From: Patescibacteria group bacterium
GTDB taxonomy: Bacteria > Patescibacteriota > Patescibacteriia > Magasanikbacterales > GWA2-37-8
Length of the DNA: 64,000 bases
Direction of reading: 5' to 3'
Assembly: GCA_004321885.1 (NCBI GenBank)
Contig: SCQK01000007.1
Span: forward strand, 150,540-214,539
Below are positions 47,935 through 57,819 of the stretch, one piece after another. Below the pieces are notes generated by a model, which was not told where the DNA came from, did not search any database, and was given only the letters and a program-made list of their open reading frames with translations. Made by a program: the position numbers and the translations under genes. Position 1 is the stretch's first letter. Each line of letters starts with the position of its first letter.

Positions 47935-48468
47935 TTAACGACTTGCCATCAAAAAACAATCTTCTCCTGCTGCAAACGCTTTTTTATTATCTTCCCAGCC
48001 CGGCTTTTGGCTTATTTTTTTCTCCAACAATTCAAAAACCTTTTCTTTTTCGCAAATTTCTTTTTGGCCCAAAACGAGAGCCAAAACACCCAGCAAAAAA
48101 ATATTATGACTGAACGGCTTGATATTTTGGGCTTCAATCGTCGCGGCGAAATCGTTAAGATTATAAACTCTTAATTCTTTATTCTCAATTCTTAATTCAT
48201 CGCAATACAATTTCGCCCGCTCTCTCGCCTGCTCGGACATAAGCACCAAAATATCCGGCTTGCTGAATTTGGGATAAACAATGTCGCGGTCGCTAATTTG
48301 AATGAAAGCCAACGACGCGCCGCCGCGCTGTTCCAACCCGTAATTGGGAACAAAAGAAACATGCTTATTGTTTTGAAAAGCCGCCTTGCTGATAATTTCG
48401 GCCATTGTCTGCACGCCTTGCCCGCCGTCGCCGGCGATAAGAATCTTGAAAAGCATATTAAACCTCAC
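47935..48468 (-). CDS. 2-oxoacid:ferredoxin oxidoreductase gamma subunit
   Basis: POR gamma family; operon with alpha and beta. Confidence 0.65.
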   Translation of the reverse strand: MRFNMLFKILIAGDGGQGVQTMAEIISKAAFQNNKHVSFVPNYGLEQRGGASLAFIQISDRDIVYPKFSKPDILVLMSEQARERAKLYCDELRIENKELRVYNLNDFAATIEAQNIKPFSHNIFLLGVLALVLGQKEICEKEKVFELLEKKISQKPGWEDNKKAFAAGEDCFLMASR

Positions 48469-49135
48469 CTGTCTTAAACGCCTGCTTCAAACTTTCCAGG
48501 TAAGCAATCGTCTCCGCGCCGCGCGTGCGCCAGTTGGTCGGACAAAAAGACAAAATTTCCAGCAAAGAAAAATGCCCGGCTTTTTGCGCGGCGATGGCGC
48601 GCTCAAAAAATTCCTGCATCTGCTTGGGTTCGTTCACGGCCGTGCGCGCCAAAAAAGCGCCGGCCGCCACTAAATTTTTTAATAATTCCGGACCGAAAAA
48701 CGGCTCGTCCAAATTCCCTTCCGGATGCGTGTCGGTTTTCTGATTTTTCAAAGTAGTGGGCGCGCTTTGTCCGCCGGTCATGCCGTAAACCGTGTTGTTG
48801 ATTACCAAAACAAAAACCGGCTCGTCGCGCTTGGCCGCGTGGAGCAAATTCTGCAAGCCGATAGCGTAGGCGCCGCCGTCGCCGGTAACCGCCACGCAAA
48901 ACGAATCGGGTTTGGCGCGCTTGAAACCGAGCATGGTGGAAGTAACCCGGCCATGATGGGTTTGGAAGGTGTTTATAGGCAGATGGTCCCAAGCCAAAAG
49001 CGCGCAGCCAATATCAAGACCAATGACGGCTTTTTTGCTTAGCCCGGCTTTCTCTATGGCTTTGGCCAACAGCATCAAGGCGATGGGGTAGCCGCAGCCC
49101 GGACAAAATTTTGCTGGTTTAAATTCCATAAACAA
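48458..49135 (-). CDS. 2-oxoacid:ferredoxin oxidoreductase beta (TPP-binding) subunit
   Basis: CPGCGYP, TPP-binding motif GDGGAYAIG. Confidence 0.75.
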   Translation of the reverse strand: MFMEFKPAKFCPGCGYPIALMLLAKAIEKAGLSKKAVIGLDIGCALLAWDHLPINTFQTHHGRVTSTMLGFKRAKPDSFCVAVTGDGGAYAIGLQNLLHAAKRDEPVFVLVINNTVYGMTGGQSAPTTLKNQKTDTHPEGNLDEPFFGPELLKNLVAAGAFLARTAVNEPKQMQEFFERAIAAQKAGHFSLLEILSFCPTNWRTRGAETIAYLESLKQAFKTGEV

Positions 49136-50141
49136 AATTCACTATCTCCTCCACCTCAATCCCCACGGCCGGTTTTTGCAAATAATCAAACGGCGTGGAA
49201 ATCTCGGGCGCGAGCTGGTCGCGCACCAAGCGCGCCAACTGGCCCAAGCTGGATTCAATCACAATAATTTTTTTCGCTTTGGCCGCCGCCTTGTCCAATT
49301 TTTCTTTGGCCAAAGGCCGCAAGGTGATGGGCCGGAACAAACCAACCTTTATTCCTTGCCCGCGCAAAATGTCAACAGCTTCCTTGGCCGCCGCGCCAAC
49401 TATTCCGTGCGCCACCAGCAATATTTCCACGTCGTCGGTTTGTACTTCCTCGGCGCGCGCCGCTTCCTTGGCCGCGGCCGCGAAATCATTTTCCATTTTC
49501 AGCACCTCATCGCGCAGTTCTTCTTCAAAATTATATATATTGCGCCAATGACGGAATGTTTCCTCGTTTATCAAAGGATGCGCTTTCGCCGGTTCAGCTT
49601 TGGTCTCGTCCAGTATGCCTTTTGTTTTCAACAAATAGCCATCAGTCAAAACAATGGCCGGAAATTTATATTGCCACGCCTCGTGAAAAGCTAAAGCAGT
49701 CAAACGATAAAGCTCATCCAAATTAGAGGGGGAATAAACCAGCCGGTGCCCTTCGCCGTTGCCGCCAAAGCAGGACAAAATCACTTCCTGTTGGGAATAA
49801 ATCACTGTGCCCGAGCTGGGGCCGCCGCGCTGGCCGATAACGGCCACAAACGGCAAACGCATGCCCTCGGCCATGCTGATGGCATCTTGCATCAAGATAT
49901 GGCCCGGGCCGGCCGAACAGGTAAAGGCCTTTTGCCCGGCGATAACCGCCCCGCAAACGCCAAAACCAGCCGCGATTTCATCCTCGGTTTGCAGATATTT
50001 TTGGCCTTTTTTTATCCAAATCGTAAAGACCTCGGTGGCCGGAGTAATGGGATAGCCGTACATCATTTCAGCGCCGGCGTCCAACGCCCCTTGCACCGCG
50101 GCCTCGGCTCCGGTGACAAATTGTCTGTTATTTGATATCAT
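49119..50141 (-). CDS. 2-oxoacid:ferredoxin oxidoreductase alpha subunit
   Basis: POR N-terminal domain (GYPITPATE). Confidence 0.75.
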   Translation of the reverse strand: MISNNRQFVTGAEAAVQGALDAGAEMMYGYPITPATEVFTIWIKKGQKYLQTEDEIAAGFGVCGAVIAGQKAFTCSAGPGHILMQDAISMAEGMRLPFVAVIGQRGGPSSGTVIYSQQEVILSCFGGNGEGHRLVYSPSNLDELYRLTALAFHEAWQYKFPAIVLTDGYLLKTKGILDETKAEPAKAHPLINEETFRHWRNIYNFEEELRDEVLKMENDFAAAAKEAARAEEVQTDDVEILLVAHGIVGAAAKEAVDILRGQGIKVGLFRPITLRPLAKEKLDKAAAKAKKIIVIESSLGQLARLVRDQLAPEISTPFDYLQKPAVGIEVEEIVNFVYGI

Positions 50142-50916
50142 GAGCTAATTTTAAATCGTCTTGTGAATTCACGCCAAGCGCCTCGGCCGGCTCTATTTCA
50201 ATGGATGAAATTTTTTCACCAGCGTCAATCGCCTGCTTTACCAAATCAGTCAGATAATATTCTTTCTGCGCGTTGTTATTTTTTAATTCTTTTAAATTTT
50301 TCCACAACCAATCTGCCTTGAAACAAAAATACGATGGGTTGATTTCTTTTGTTTTTAATTCTTCCTCGTTCGCGTCTTTTCTTTCCACAATTTCAGCAAC
50401 GTGCCCATTCGCTCCCCGTATCACCCGCCCAAAATCATAAAACGGCGCGCGCCAGCCCTCAAAATCCGGCACCACGGCCGTCATGAGCGTTACGGTGTTG
50501 CCGCGTTCAACATGCCTCTTCATCAATCGTTTAATTGATTCACTTTTCAGGTACGGGTGGTCCCCGTAAAAAACCATAACATGGTCAACAAAGCCATTCA
50601 ATATTTTCTCGGCGCAAGCGACCGCGTGCCCGGTGCCCAATTGTTTTTCCTGTATCGCGTAGTCAACCCGAGCGCCCAAAAACTCTCGCGCCAGATGGTT
50701 GGTCGGGCTCACTACCACCACCGGCTTGATGCCCGCCACCACACTAAAATTTTTGGTGTGGTGGCCCGCGCTCTCCACCGCCGCCACAACATAATCAATC
50801 ATCGGTCTGCCGGCCAATTTATGCATTACTTTGGGCAATTCACTTTTCATGCGCGTGCCTTGGCCGGCGGCCAGAATCACCACGCCGATTTTATCTGTTG
50901 TCCCTGACATACTCAT
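50128..50916 (-). CDS. sugar-1-phosphate nucleotidyltransferase (GlmU N-terminal-domain-like, no LbH acetyltransferase domain)
   Basis: VILAAGQGTRMKSELPKVMHKLAGRPMI; start moved to an internal Met to limit overlap. Confidence 0.6.
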   Translation of the reverse strand: MSMSGTTDKIGVVILAAGQGTRMKSELPKVMHKLAGRPMIDYVVAAVESAGHHTKNFSVVAGIKPVVVVSPTNHLAREFLGARVDYAIQEKQLGTGHAVACAEKILNGFVDHVMVFYGDHPYLKSESIKRLMKRHVERGNTVTLMTAVVPDFEGWRAPFYDFGRVIRGANGHVAEIVERKDANEEELKTKEINPSYFCFKADWLWKNLKELKNNNAQKEYYLTDLVKQAIDAGEKISSIEIEPAEALGVNSQDDLKLAHDIK

Positions 50917-51532
50917 AAATTTCAAGCAAATCATTAAAATACGAAATTCCGCTTTTTTTGTATTCATCTTCGCTGATTGTCGGGGATTGACGTAAAACTA
51001 TTTTTAACTCTGGGAACATCCGCGACAACGAAACGCTCTCATCCGGCTTGTCATTTATCAACCAAACCGTTTCCGCCTGCGGCTTCACATTTAATTCAAG
51101 GCCCATCGCCTGTTCTTTGGACATCTCGGTGATATACACTTTGTCAAAATACCCGCTTACACCGAGCGCCTCTATTTTTACTTTTTGAAAATCCGGCGCT
51201 CCCCAACTTAGCAATACCATCCGCTCGCCGAATAGCTTAACTTTTTTCAGAAACTCAATGGCGCCGGGGAACAAAAATCGTTTCAAAAATTCGCTTTCGG
51301 TAGTCCGGCGCAGGGCCTCCAAAACCCGCTTTTCATCATAGCCGAGGCGCGCCAGCGCGCGGGCGTGAGCTGAGTTAGTATAAACAAAAGCGCCGTCTTT
51401 CGCAAGCCGCGCCTCTTGGTATGTTTGCTTGTAAACTTTCCCCGGAATCCCAGCTTTGGCCACCTCTTTTTGCCTGGCTATTTTGAACGCGTGCGTATCA
51501 AAAAGAGTATCGTCAAAATCAATGATAAACAT
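50891..51532 (-). CDS. HAD-superfamily hydrolase
   Basis: MFIIDFDDTLFDT motif I. Confidence 0.6.
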   Translation of the reverse strand: MFIIDFDDTLFDTHAFKIARQKEVAKAGIPGKVYKQTYQEARLAKDGAFVYTNSAHARALARLGYDEKRVLEALRRTTESEFLKRFLFPGAIEFLKKVKLFGERMVLLSWGAPDFQKVKIEALGVSGYFDKVYITEMSKEQAMGLELNVKPQAETVWLINDKPDESVSLSRMFPELKIVLRQSPTISEDEYKKSGISYFNDLLEIYEYVRDNR

Positions 51533-51561
51533 AGAACCACTAATTTACTTCACTAATCACA

Positions 51562-51873
51562 CTAATCTTCGCTGGCTCCTTTTTTGCCGGCTCCGTTGTC
51601 CCCCAGAATGGGGACTGTGGAGTCGCGTTGCAGTACCCTGGTGATAGCCACTATAGCAAAGACGGCGATAATCGTAATAATTACCGCATACAAAAATTTG
51701 GCCGCCACCCCGTTCGCTTGCGCCGGAAAAATCAATTCTATCAGGGACTTGACGGCGTCATTCCAAGCCAGACCGGCGATGAGCCCAAACGCGGCCGTGA
51801 TATAGCCCATTGTTTTCTCCCGCACTTCTTTGCGCAAATTTTTACTCTCTTCTTTTATTTTTCCTAATTCCAT
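51562..51873 (-). CDS. small membrane protein (hypothetical)
   Basis: Two TM helices. Confidence 0.35.
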   Translation of the reverse strand: MELGKIKEESKNLRKEVREKTMGYITAAFGLIAGLAWNDAVKSLIELIFPAQANGVAAKFLYAVIITIIAVFAIVAITRVLQRDSTVPILGDNGAGKKGASED

Positions 51874-51874
51874 A

Positions 51875-52876
51875 CTATTCCATTGTTGAATTATATTTAC
51901 CGTCCCGCGCCGCGCCGCACAGTTTCGCTCGCTTCACAAAGGCCTGTTGAGCCGCTGGCACATTTTCCAGTTCGCCGCTCCAAGCCCTTAGCGCCGAGGC
52001 CTGTAACGCCCGCCCATAAGAGTAACTTAATTGCCACGGACAGCCCACGCTGGCTAAATTTATCGCGTTCAAATTTTCGCAGGCCTCTTGCTCACTCTGT
52101 CCGCCGGAGAGAAATACTATCCCGGGCACTTCAGTCGGCACGACTTCTTTGAAACATTTTATGGTCATTCCGGCAATTTCTTGGGGAGCGGCTTTAGGCG
52201 CTTCTTCACCCGATATCACCATATTCGGCTTGAGCAAAATCCCGTCCAAGGCCACGCCTTCTTTCCCCAACTCTTCAAAAAATATTTTCAAAACATTTTT
52301 GGTCACCTCGTAGCATCGCGCTATGTCGTGCCCGCCGTTCATCAGAACTTCGGGCTCCACAATCGGCACGACATTATTTTCCTGGCAAAGTTTGGCGTAC
52401 TTAGCCATCCGTTCGGCATTGGCCCGCAGGCATTCTGCGGTCGGCAAATTTTCTCCTATTACCAAAGCGGCTCGCCACTTGGCAAAACGCGCTCCGAGCG
52501 CATAATACTCTTTCAACCGCTCATCCAAACCATCAAGCCCGCTCGTCAAAGTTTCTTTTTCCGGGTTATTAAACGGCTTTAGCCCCGCGTCAACTTTTAT
52601 CCCGGGAATTACGCCTTTGCTTTCCAAAACTTTCGGAAAGGGCACGCCCTCGCCAGTGGATTGCCTAATTGTTTCATCGTACAAAATCACCCCGCTGATA
52701 TTTTGCTCCATTGCCGGCGCGGTAAAAAGCAATTCACGATATTGCCGCCGAGTTTCCTCGGTGGATTCCACGTTAATTTTGGCAAAACGTTTACCAATCG
52801 TGCCCGTGCTTTCATCGGCCGCCAAAATCCCCTTGCCCGGCGCCACCAGCTTTTTCGCGATTTCGTTTAACGACAT
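51875..52876 (-). CDS. fba: fructose-bisphosphate aldolase, class I
   Basis: KGILAADESTGT, class I FBA; start at MSLNEIAKK (upstream ORF extension is a repeat). Confidence 0.8.
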   Translation of the reverse strand: MSLNEIAKKLVAPGKGILAADESTGTIGKRFAKINVESTEETRRQYRELLFTAPAMEQNISGVILYDETIRQSTGEGVPFPKVLESKGVIPGIKVDAGLKPFNNPEKETLTSGLDGLDERLKEYYALGARFAKWRAALVIGENLPTAECLRANAERMAKYAKLCQENNVVPIVEPEVLMNGGHDIARCYEVTKNVLKIFFEELGKEGVALDGILLKPNMVISGEEAPKAAPQEIAGMTIKCFKEVVPTEVPGIVFLSGGQSEQEACENLNAINLASVGCPWQLSYSYGRALQASALRAWSGELENVPAAQQAFVKRAKLCGAARDGKYNSTME

Positions 52877-52885
52877 ATTAAAATT

Positions 52886-52916
52886 GTCATTCCCGCGACG
52901 TACGTCGGGAGAATCC
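52886..52916. repeat. GTCATTCC-CGCGACGTACGTCGGGA-GAATCC element 10 nt upstream of the fba start
   Basis: Arms as in the other family members. Confidence 0.75.
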
Positions 52917-53030
52917 ATTATTTAAATTTACCTTTCGGTTATAATAAAAATAAAGGTCATATAGGTAAATATGATTATACTCGGCCGCGTATTCTAAAGT
53001 TTTAACTCTTTCATCCATATAAATACCCTA

Positions 53031-53063
53031 CCCTTTTTGTCCCTCCCCTAAGAGGGGAGGGAG
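53031..53063. repeat. CCCTCC/GGAGGG hairpin element overlapping the pfk 3' end (encodes the last 5 codons and stop)
   Basis: ccctttttgtccctcccctaagaggggagggag. Confidence 0.7.
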
Positions 53064-54289
53064 CTAACGACGGGTGCAGCCAGGCGATCGAGCGTGAAAA
53101 TATCGCCGACGAGCGGACGCGCATAGTTTATAAATTCTTGGGTCACCATGTTATCGCCGGCAATAAATTCATCGGGCATCTTTTTGGTTTTGCCGGCCAC
53201 ATCGCCCAAGGGCAATAATTTGTACTCTACAGCGTAATCGCCCACGCGGTTTATGGCCACCGATCCGTCCACGTTGTGCCAAACTGAGTACTGTACTGCT
53301 TTTTCGCCCACCTCGCGCGCTTCGTGCCTGTCTATTTCGCTGACACAACCCAAAAATGAGCGTTGTAAATATCCCAGGGTGTCGGCGCGTACCCGTTTGA
53401 TGCCTGTTTTGACCTTTACCAAACCAGCCAACATGTCTCCAAGGGCGCCCGAACCAGATAAGGTTACATTGCCGTGCGGGTCAACATCCAACCCTGGATT
53501 CCTGCTGGATTCCCCCGTACTTAGCCGGGGGAATGACATTGCCATCAAATTCCCTGCTTTGTCCGCGATCCCCTCAGAGACCGCCACCACGCATCGGCCA
53601 TATTTCTCGTAAACACTTTTCACGTCAACGCAAAATTTTTCCGCGTCAAAAGCGCGCTCGGGTAGATAAATCAAATGCGGTCCGTCATCGGGAAATTTCT
53701 TAGCCAAAACCGAAGCGGCTGTTAAAAAACCGGCATGCCGGCCCATCACCACCGCGATATACACGCCCGGCAAAGAACGGTTATCCAAATTCGCGCCGGC
53801 AAACGCGCTGGCCACATAACGTGCGGCCGAACCATAGCCCGGGCAGTGGTCGGTACCGACCAAATCATTGTCTATCGTTTTGGGGATATGAACCACGCGC
53901 AATTCGTAATTGGCTTTATTCGCCTCTTCGTTCACAATGCGGCAGGTCTCGGCCGAATCATTGCCGCCGATATAATAAAAATACCGTATGTCGTGTTTAC
54001 GCATCACCTCAAACATCTGGCGGCAATACTCGGCACCCGGCTTGTCGCGCGTGGAGCCCAAAGCCGCTCCAGGCGTGTCGGCCACGCGCTCCAGATTATG
54101 CGTAGTAGATTCGGTGAGGTCTAAAAAATTTTCTTTGATTATTCCCGACACTCCAAAACGGGCGCCGTATACTTTTGTTATTTCCGAAAATTTGCGCGCC
54201 TCCAAAACCACGCCGGCCAGGGACTGGTTTATCACCACGGTCGGCCCGCCCCCCTGGGCCACCAAAGCTTTACCGATTAGTTTGAACAT
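53048..54289 (-). CDS. pfk: 6-phosphofructokinase (PPi/ATP-dependent PFK-A family)
   Basis: GGGPTVVINQS, PFK fold; contains an in-frame palindromic element (MSFPRLSTGESSRNPG). Confidence 0.8.
   Translation of the reverse strand: MFKLIGKALVAQGGGPTVVINQSLAGVVLEARKFSEITKVYGARFGVSGIIKENFLDLTESTTHNLERVADTPGAALGSTRDKPGAEYCRQMFEVMRKHDIRYFYYIGGNDSAETCRIVNEEANKANYELRVVHIPKTIDNDLVGTDHCPGYGSAARYVASAFAGANLDNRSLPGVYIAVVMGRHAGFLTAASVLAKKFPDDGPHLIYLPERAFDAEKFCVDVKSVYEKYGRCVVAVSEGIADKAGNLMAMSFPRLSTGESSRNPGLDVDPHGNVTLSGSGALGDMLAGLVKVKTGIKRVRADTLGYLQRSFLGCVSEIDRHEAREVGEKAVQYSVWHNVDGSVAINRVGDYAVEYKLLPLGDVAGKTKKMPDEFIAGDNMVTQEFINYARPLVGDIFTLDRLAAPVVSSLPS
53496..53538. repeat. compound GGATTCCTGCT plus GGATTCCCCCGTACTTAGCCGGGGGAATGACA element in frame in pfk
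   Basis: Same element as 4293-4324. Confidence 0.8.
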
Positions 54290-54304
54290 AAATGCTTACC
54301 CCTC

Positions 54305-54385
54305 TCTCGCTCTCCCCTTATAAAGGGGAGAGAAACACTCCCTCCCCTTGCCCCTCCCCTAAAAGGGGAGGGATAAAGGGTGGGG
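54305..54385. promoter_or_regulatory. two tandem CYCTCCCCT/AGGGGAGRG hairpins between the HD-gene stop and the pfk start; supplies G-rich SD for pfk
   Basis: ctctccccttataaaggggagag...cccctccccttgcccctcccctaaaaggggaggg. Confidence 0.6.
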
Positions 54386-54387
54386 TA

Positions 54388-55041
54388 TTAAAACTCTCCG
54401 CTCCATTCCTTGTCAAAATTCTTCAAAAACTCCTGCGTAAATTTAGCTTTTTTCTCGGCCAGCTTACGGGCGGTTTTGGTGTTCATCAATTTAGGCAGTT
54501 TCAAAATCCGCTCAAAAAACTGGTTGTAGGTAGTGCCCTCGCTGCGGCGGCGCTGGTATTCGTCTTGGCTGAGGCGCTTGCGCGGTTTTATTGCCGGGTC
54601 GTGCAAAACGCGCTTCACTCGTCCGCCAAACGCGCAAACCCGGGCAATGCCGATGGCCCCGAGCGCGTCCAGCCAGTCCGCGTCCTGCACGATTTTCCCC
54701 TCAATGCTATCCGGCGCTTTGGCCCCGTCGCCTTTGTAGTGGGCATTTTCCACAATATGCAAAATTTGCTCCTGTCTGGCATCGTCTATTTCCAATATAT
54801 CCATCATGCCGTGCAAAATCAAATGCCCTTTTCCCTGGTCAAATTCAAACTGTTTGTAATCGCCCAAATCGTGCAAAAGCGCCGACAGTTCCACCAATTC
54901 CAAATCGCCGCCTTCTTTCGCTTGCAGGCGCTTGGACAATTTCCAAACCCTCTCCAAATGAAACCAATCATTGCCGGCCGGGTCGCCAGTCATCTTTTTA
55001 CGCACGTATTCAGCGGTTTTTTTCACCAGTTCGGTACTCAT
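54388..55041 (-). CDS. HD-domain phosphohydrolase
   Basis: HD motif (LHDLGD...); SD GGGGAGG plus 6 nt then ATG (MSTELVKK). Confidence 0.7.
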   Translation of the reverse strand: MSTELVKKTAEYVRKKMTGDPAGNDWFHLERVWKLSKRLQAKEGGDLELVELSALLHDLGDYKQFEFDQGKGHLILHGMMDILEIDDARQEQILHIVENAHYKGDGAKAPDSIEGKIVQDADWLDALGAIGIARVCAFGGRVKRVLHDPAIKPRKRLSQDEYQRRRSEGTTYNQFFERILKLPKLMNTKTARKLAEKKAKFTQEFLKNFDKEWSGEF

Positions 55042-55067
55042 AATTTTCCTCCCCACCGCCCAAAATT

Positions 55068-55098
55068 GTCATTCCCCCGACTAAGTACGGGGGAATCC
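55068..55098. repeat. GTCATTCCCCCGACTAAGTACGGGGGAATCC element (reverse orientation of the radA copy)
   Basis: Upstream of the HD gene. Confidence 0.8.
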
Positions 55099-55271
55099 AG
55101 GGTCAATATAGCTAAGTCCACTCCAATTTTATCGCAAAACAGCGTAAAGGTCAAACGAAAAAACCGCCAAATTAAAAACCGGCGATTCAGAAAAACCGCC
55201 GGTCGCAGAAGAATAATCTGCTGGTGTGACACGGAGACGAAATACTCTCGCCTCCGCGTTATGTAAAAGTG

Positions 55272-56606
55272 CTACTCGCGGCCGCGCTGGCCGCGGTTGT
55301 TGCCACGGTTGCGGCCGCCGCGCTTCTTGGCGTCGCCCTTGCCCTCGCCCTTCTTGGGCTTGGACTCGGGGGCCTTGCGGCACTCGCCGAAACGCGGGTT
55401 CTCGCGCCGCTCGCGGTCCGCTTCGGCGGCGAGCTGGGCCTGCCAGGCCTTCTCCTGGAGGCGAATGTCCTCCGCCTCGTGGAAAGCAGCCACGGCGACG
55501 TCAAACTGCTCATCCGAGAGCCCGGCGGCCCTGGCCAAGAGCCGTGCCACCTTCTCGCCCTGCTCGTTCTCCGCCTGGACCATCCTGTCCACAGCGGCAT
55601 AGCGCAGGATGAGAAAGCCCTCCATGTGCTGGCCATGCGACTCGAGCACGGCCGCCGCGATGTTCTTCACGACCGCCGGCTCCAGCTTGGAATCGGCCGT
55701 GCGCAGGCAGGCCACTATCTCGTTCTTCACGAGTTCGCGCTCCACCTGCTGGGCATTCTTCTTTGCCTCGGCCGCGAGCCGGAGAGCCCTCTCCTCGGCC
55801 GTTTCCGGCCGGGGGCACTCCATCAGACGCGCGAACTTGGAGTCGCGCCCGAGGAGCACTCTATCCAACTCCTGAAAAACCTCGGGAGGCACGACATCAA
55901 ACCGCGCATCCTTGCCCCACGCCCCGACGAGGTCGTTGATGGTGTTGAAGAGCTTGGAGAACTCTTCCTTTCGAGTCTCCAACGCTTTCAGGTGATCAGG
56001 GTCGGCGTTCGGCCGGCCAGCGTACCTGTCCGCCTTGAAGCGGAAATGCTTCACAGCGCGACAGAGCCAGCCACGGAAGGCCAAAGCGTAGGCCCAGGTC
56101 GCGAAGACCAAGGCCGGAAGGAGAATGGAATACTTCTCCTCGAGCTTGCGAACCGCCTCGGGCCGCGGGTCCTGCATCCCCTCCTGCTTGGGCTCGGCCA
56201 GCTGGACCTTGGGGCCCACCAGCTTGGCCTTGATCTCCTCGGCCGTGAGGGGCCGCGGCAGCTGGGGGATGCCCAGCTTGTCGCGCAAGGCCGGCTTGGC
56301 CTGCGCGAGTGCCTGGCGCACACGCGCCTGGCGCGCCTCCTCGGCCTTGCGGGCCTGACGCTCGGCCTCCTCACGCTCGCGCCGCTCGTTCTCCAGGCGC
56401 TCGGCCTCGAGCCGGGCCTGCTCGTCACGCCGCTCCTTGGCGAACATCTCGACGATCTCGCGATCGCCGAGGATGTCCTCCACCGTGGCCTCGACGAGCG
56501 CGGCGTTCTCGCTGATGAAGGCCTGCGCGCGCTGCGCAAGCCACTCCTGTGCCGGCATCCCGCCCTGCACCAACTGCAGGGCGTTACTGCTCTGCCTGGT
56601 CTCCAT
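55272..56606 (-). CDS. GC-rich (~65%) ER-repeat / RGG-tail protein with one TM (hypothetical; probably horizontally acquired)
   Basis: AAG/GAG/CTC codon usage unlike neighbours; start taken at METRQSS; the + strand mirror ORF was rejected. Confidence 0.45.
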   Translation of the reverse strand: METRQSSNALQLVQGGMPAQEWLAQRAQAFISENAALVEATVEDILGDREIVEMFAKERRDEQARLEAERLENERREREEAERQARKAEEARQARVRQALAQAKPALRDKLGIPQLPRPLTAEEIKAKLVGPKVQLAEPKQEGMQDPRPEAVRKLEEKYSILLPALVFATWAYALAFRGWLCRAVKHFRFKADRYAGRPNADPDHLKALETRKEEFSKLFNTINDLVGAWGKDARFDVVPPEVFQELDRVLLGRDSKFARLMECPRPETAEERALRLAAEAKKNAQQVERELVKNEIVACLRTADSKLEPAVVKNIAAAVLESHGQHMEGFLILRYAAVDRMVQAENEQGEKVARLLARAAGLSDEQFDVAVAAFHEAEDIRLQEKAWQAQLAAEADRERRENPRFGECRKAPESKPKKGEGKGDAKKRGGRNRGNNRGQRGRE

Positions 56607-56851
56607 TTTCCTGTCCTTTCTGCTCCCGCCCTTACGGGGCAAAATTTTCAAGACCCTTTGGTCCAACGCACCCGCGCTGGTAAAGAGTCTTCCACCAAAA
56701 AATACGACAAAAAATCCCATTCTTCGGCGACAAAATTGTCAAAAAACAACGAGATAGTATAGCACAAAATCGCCCACTTGTCGAGGGTCTACCCTCGTAT
56801 TTTGCCTAAAATTAGCCGAAATTATAAAAACAGCACAACAAAAAACACGCC

Positions 56852-56968
<117 letters not shown>

Positions 56969-57009
56969 GCGTGTTTAAGTTTTTTGCAATAGGGACGGAT
57001 TCCCACGGT

Positions 57010-57037
57010 GGATTCCTGCTCGAAGGCAGGAATGACA
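57010..57037. repeat. GGATTCC-TGCTCGAAGGCA-GGAATGACA element in the 23S-5S spacer
   Basis: Could double as a processing stem. Confidence 0.6.
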
Positions 57038-57343
57038 GCGAGGGAAAGCACAGCTTAATGCTTTTGTCGTACGCTCGACCTATTAGTACTCCTCCGCTCA
57101 AGCCATTACTGGCCTTACACGTAGAGCCTATCAACCTTGTAGTCTACAAGGGGTCTCAACGAACATTAATCTTGAAGACGGCTTCACGCTTAGATGCTTT
57201 CAGCGTTTATCCGTGCCGAACGTAGCTACCCGGCAATGCCCTTGGTAGGACAACCGGCACACCAGAGGTTCGTCCACTCCGGTCCTCTCGTACTAGGAGT
57301 GAGCCTTCGCAATGTTCAACGCCCGCAACAGATAGGAGACCGA

Positions 57344-57664
57344 CAATTTTGTTACATTCCCGACTTTCCGCCGACTGGCGGACGGGACGGCGCATTATTT
57401 CTAACACGCTCTGCATGTCGCCATGCAGTTCGGACTATATCTTCCCTGAACCTTATTGGTTCGCGGGTCTAGCGTATAGTCTCTGAGGATTCTCTCTTTG
57501 AGAGTCTTTCCTGCTGGTTGTCTGCACTTGCCGCTTTATTACTTATAAAATAAGTAGCGCAAGATACTTTGGTTTCACTCCTAAATGAAACCTTCCAGAG
57601 TTTCCAGCATTTAGCTAGATTTATAGACAGCGCGGTTTGTGGCTAAGATTAGCCAAACTCTTCC
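57344..57664 (-). mobile_element. group I intron, ORF-less (321 nt), at E. coli L2593-like site (GAGACAGT|...|TCGGTC)
   Basis: 5' exon ends U, intron ends G; S-box AAGATATAGTCC present. Confidence 0.65.
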
Positions 57665-57708
<44 letters not shown>

Positions 57709-57744
57709 TGGCGAACAGCCAAACCCTTGGCAGCTTCTCCACCG

Positions 57745-57780
<36 letters not shown>

Positions 57781-57819
57781 GGACCGTCTATATGGACTAT
57801 CGGGTCCGATCAGCCTGTT

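Noticed and set aside
54292-55266. 324-aa + strand ORF starting in the CCCTCC repeat
   Set aside because: Antisense to the well-supported HD-domain gene; the N-terminus is just the translated repeat element.
55269-56762. 497-aa + strand ORF (L/G/A-rich)
   Set aside because: Mirror-strand artefact of the GC-rich minus-strand gene: low-complexity composition, no SD.
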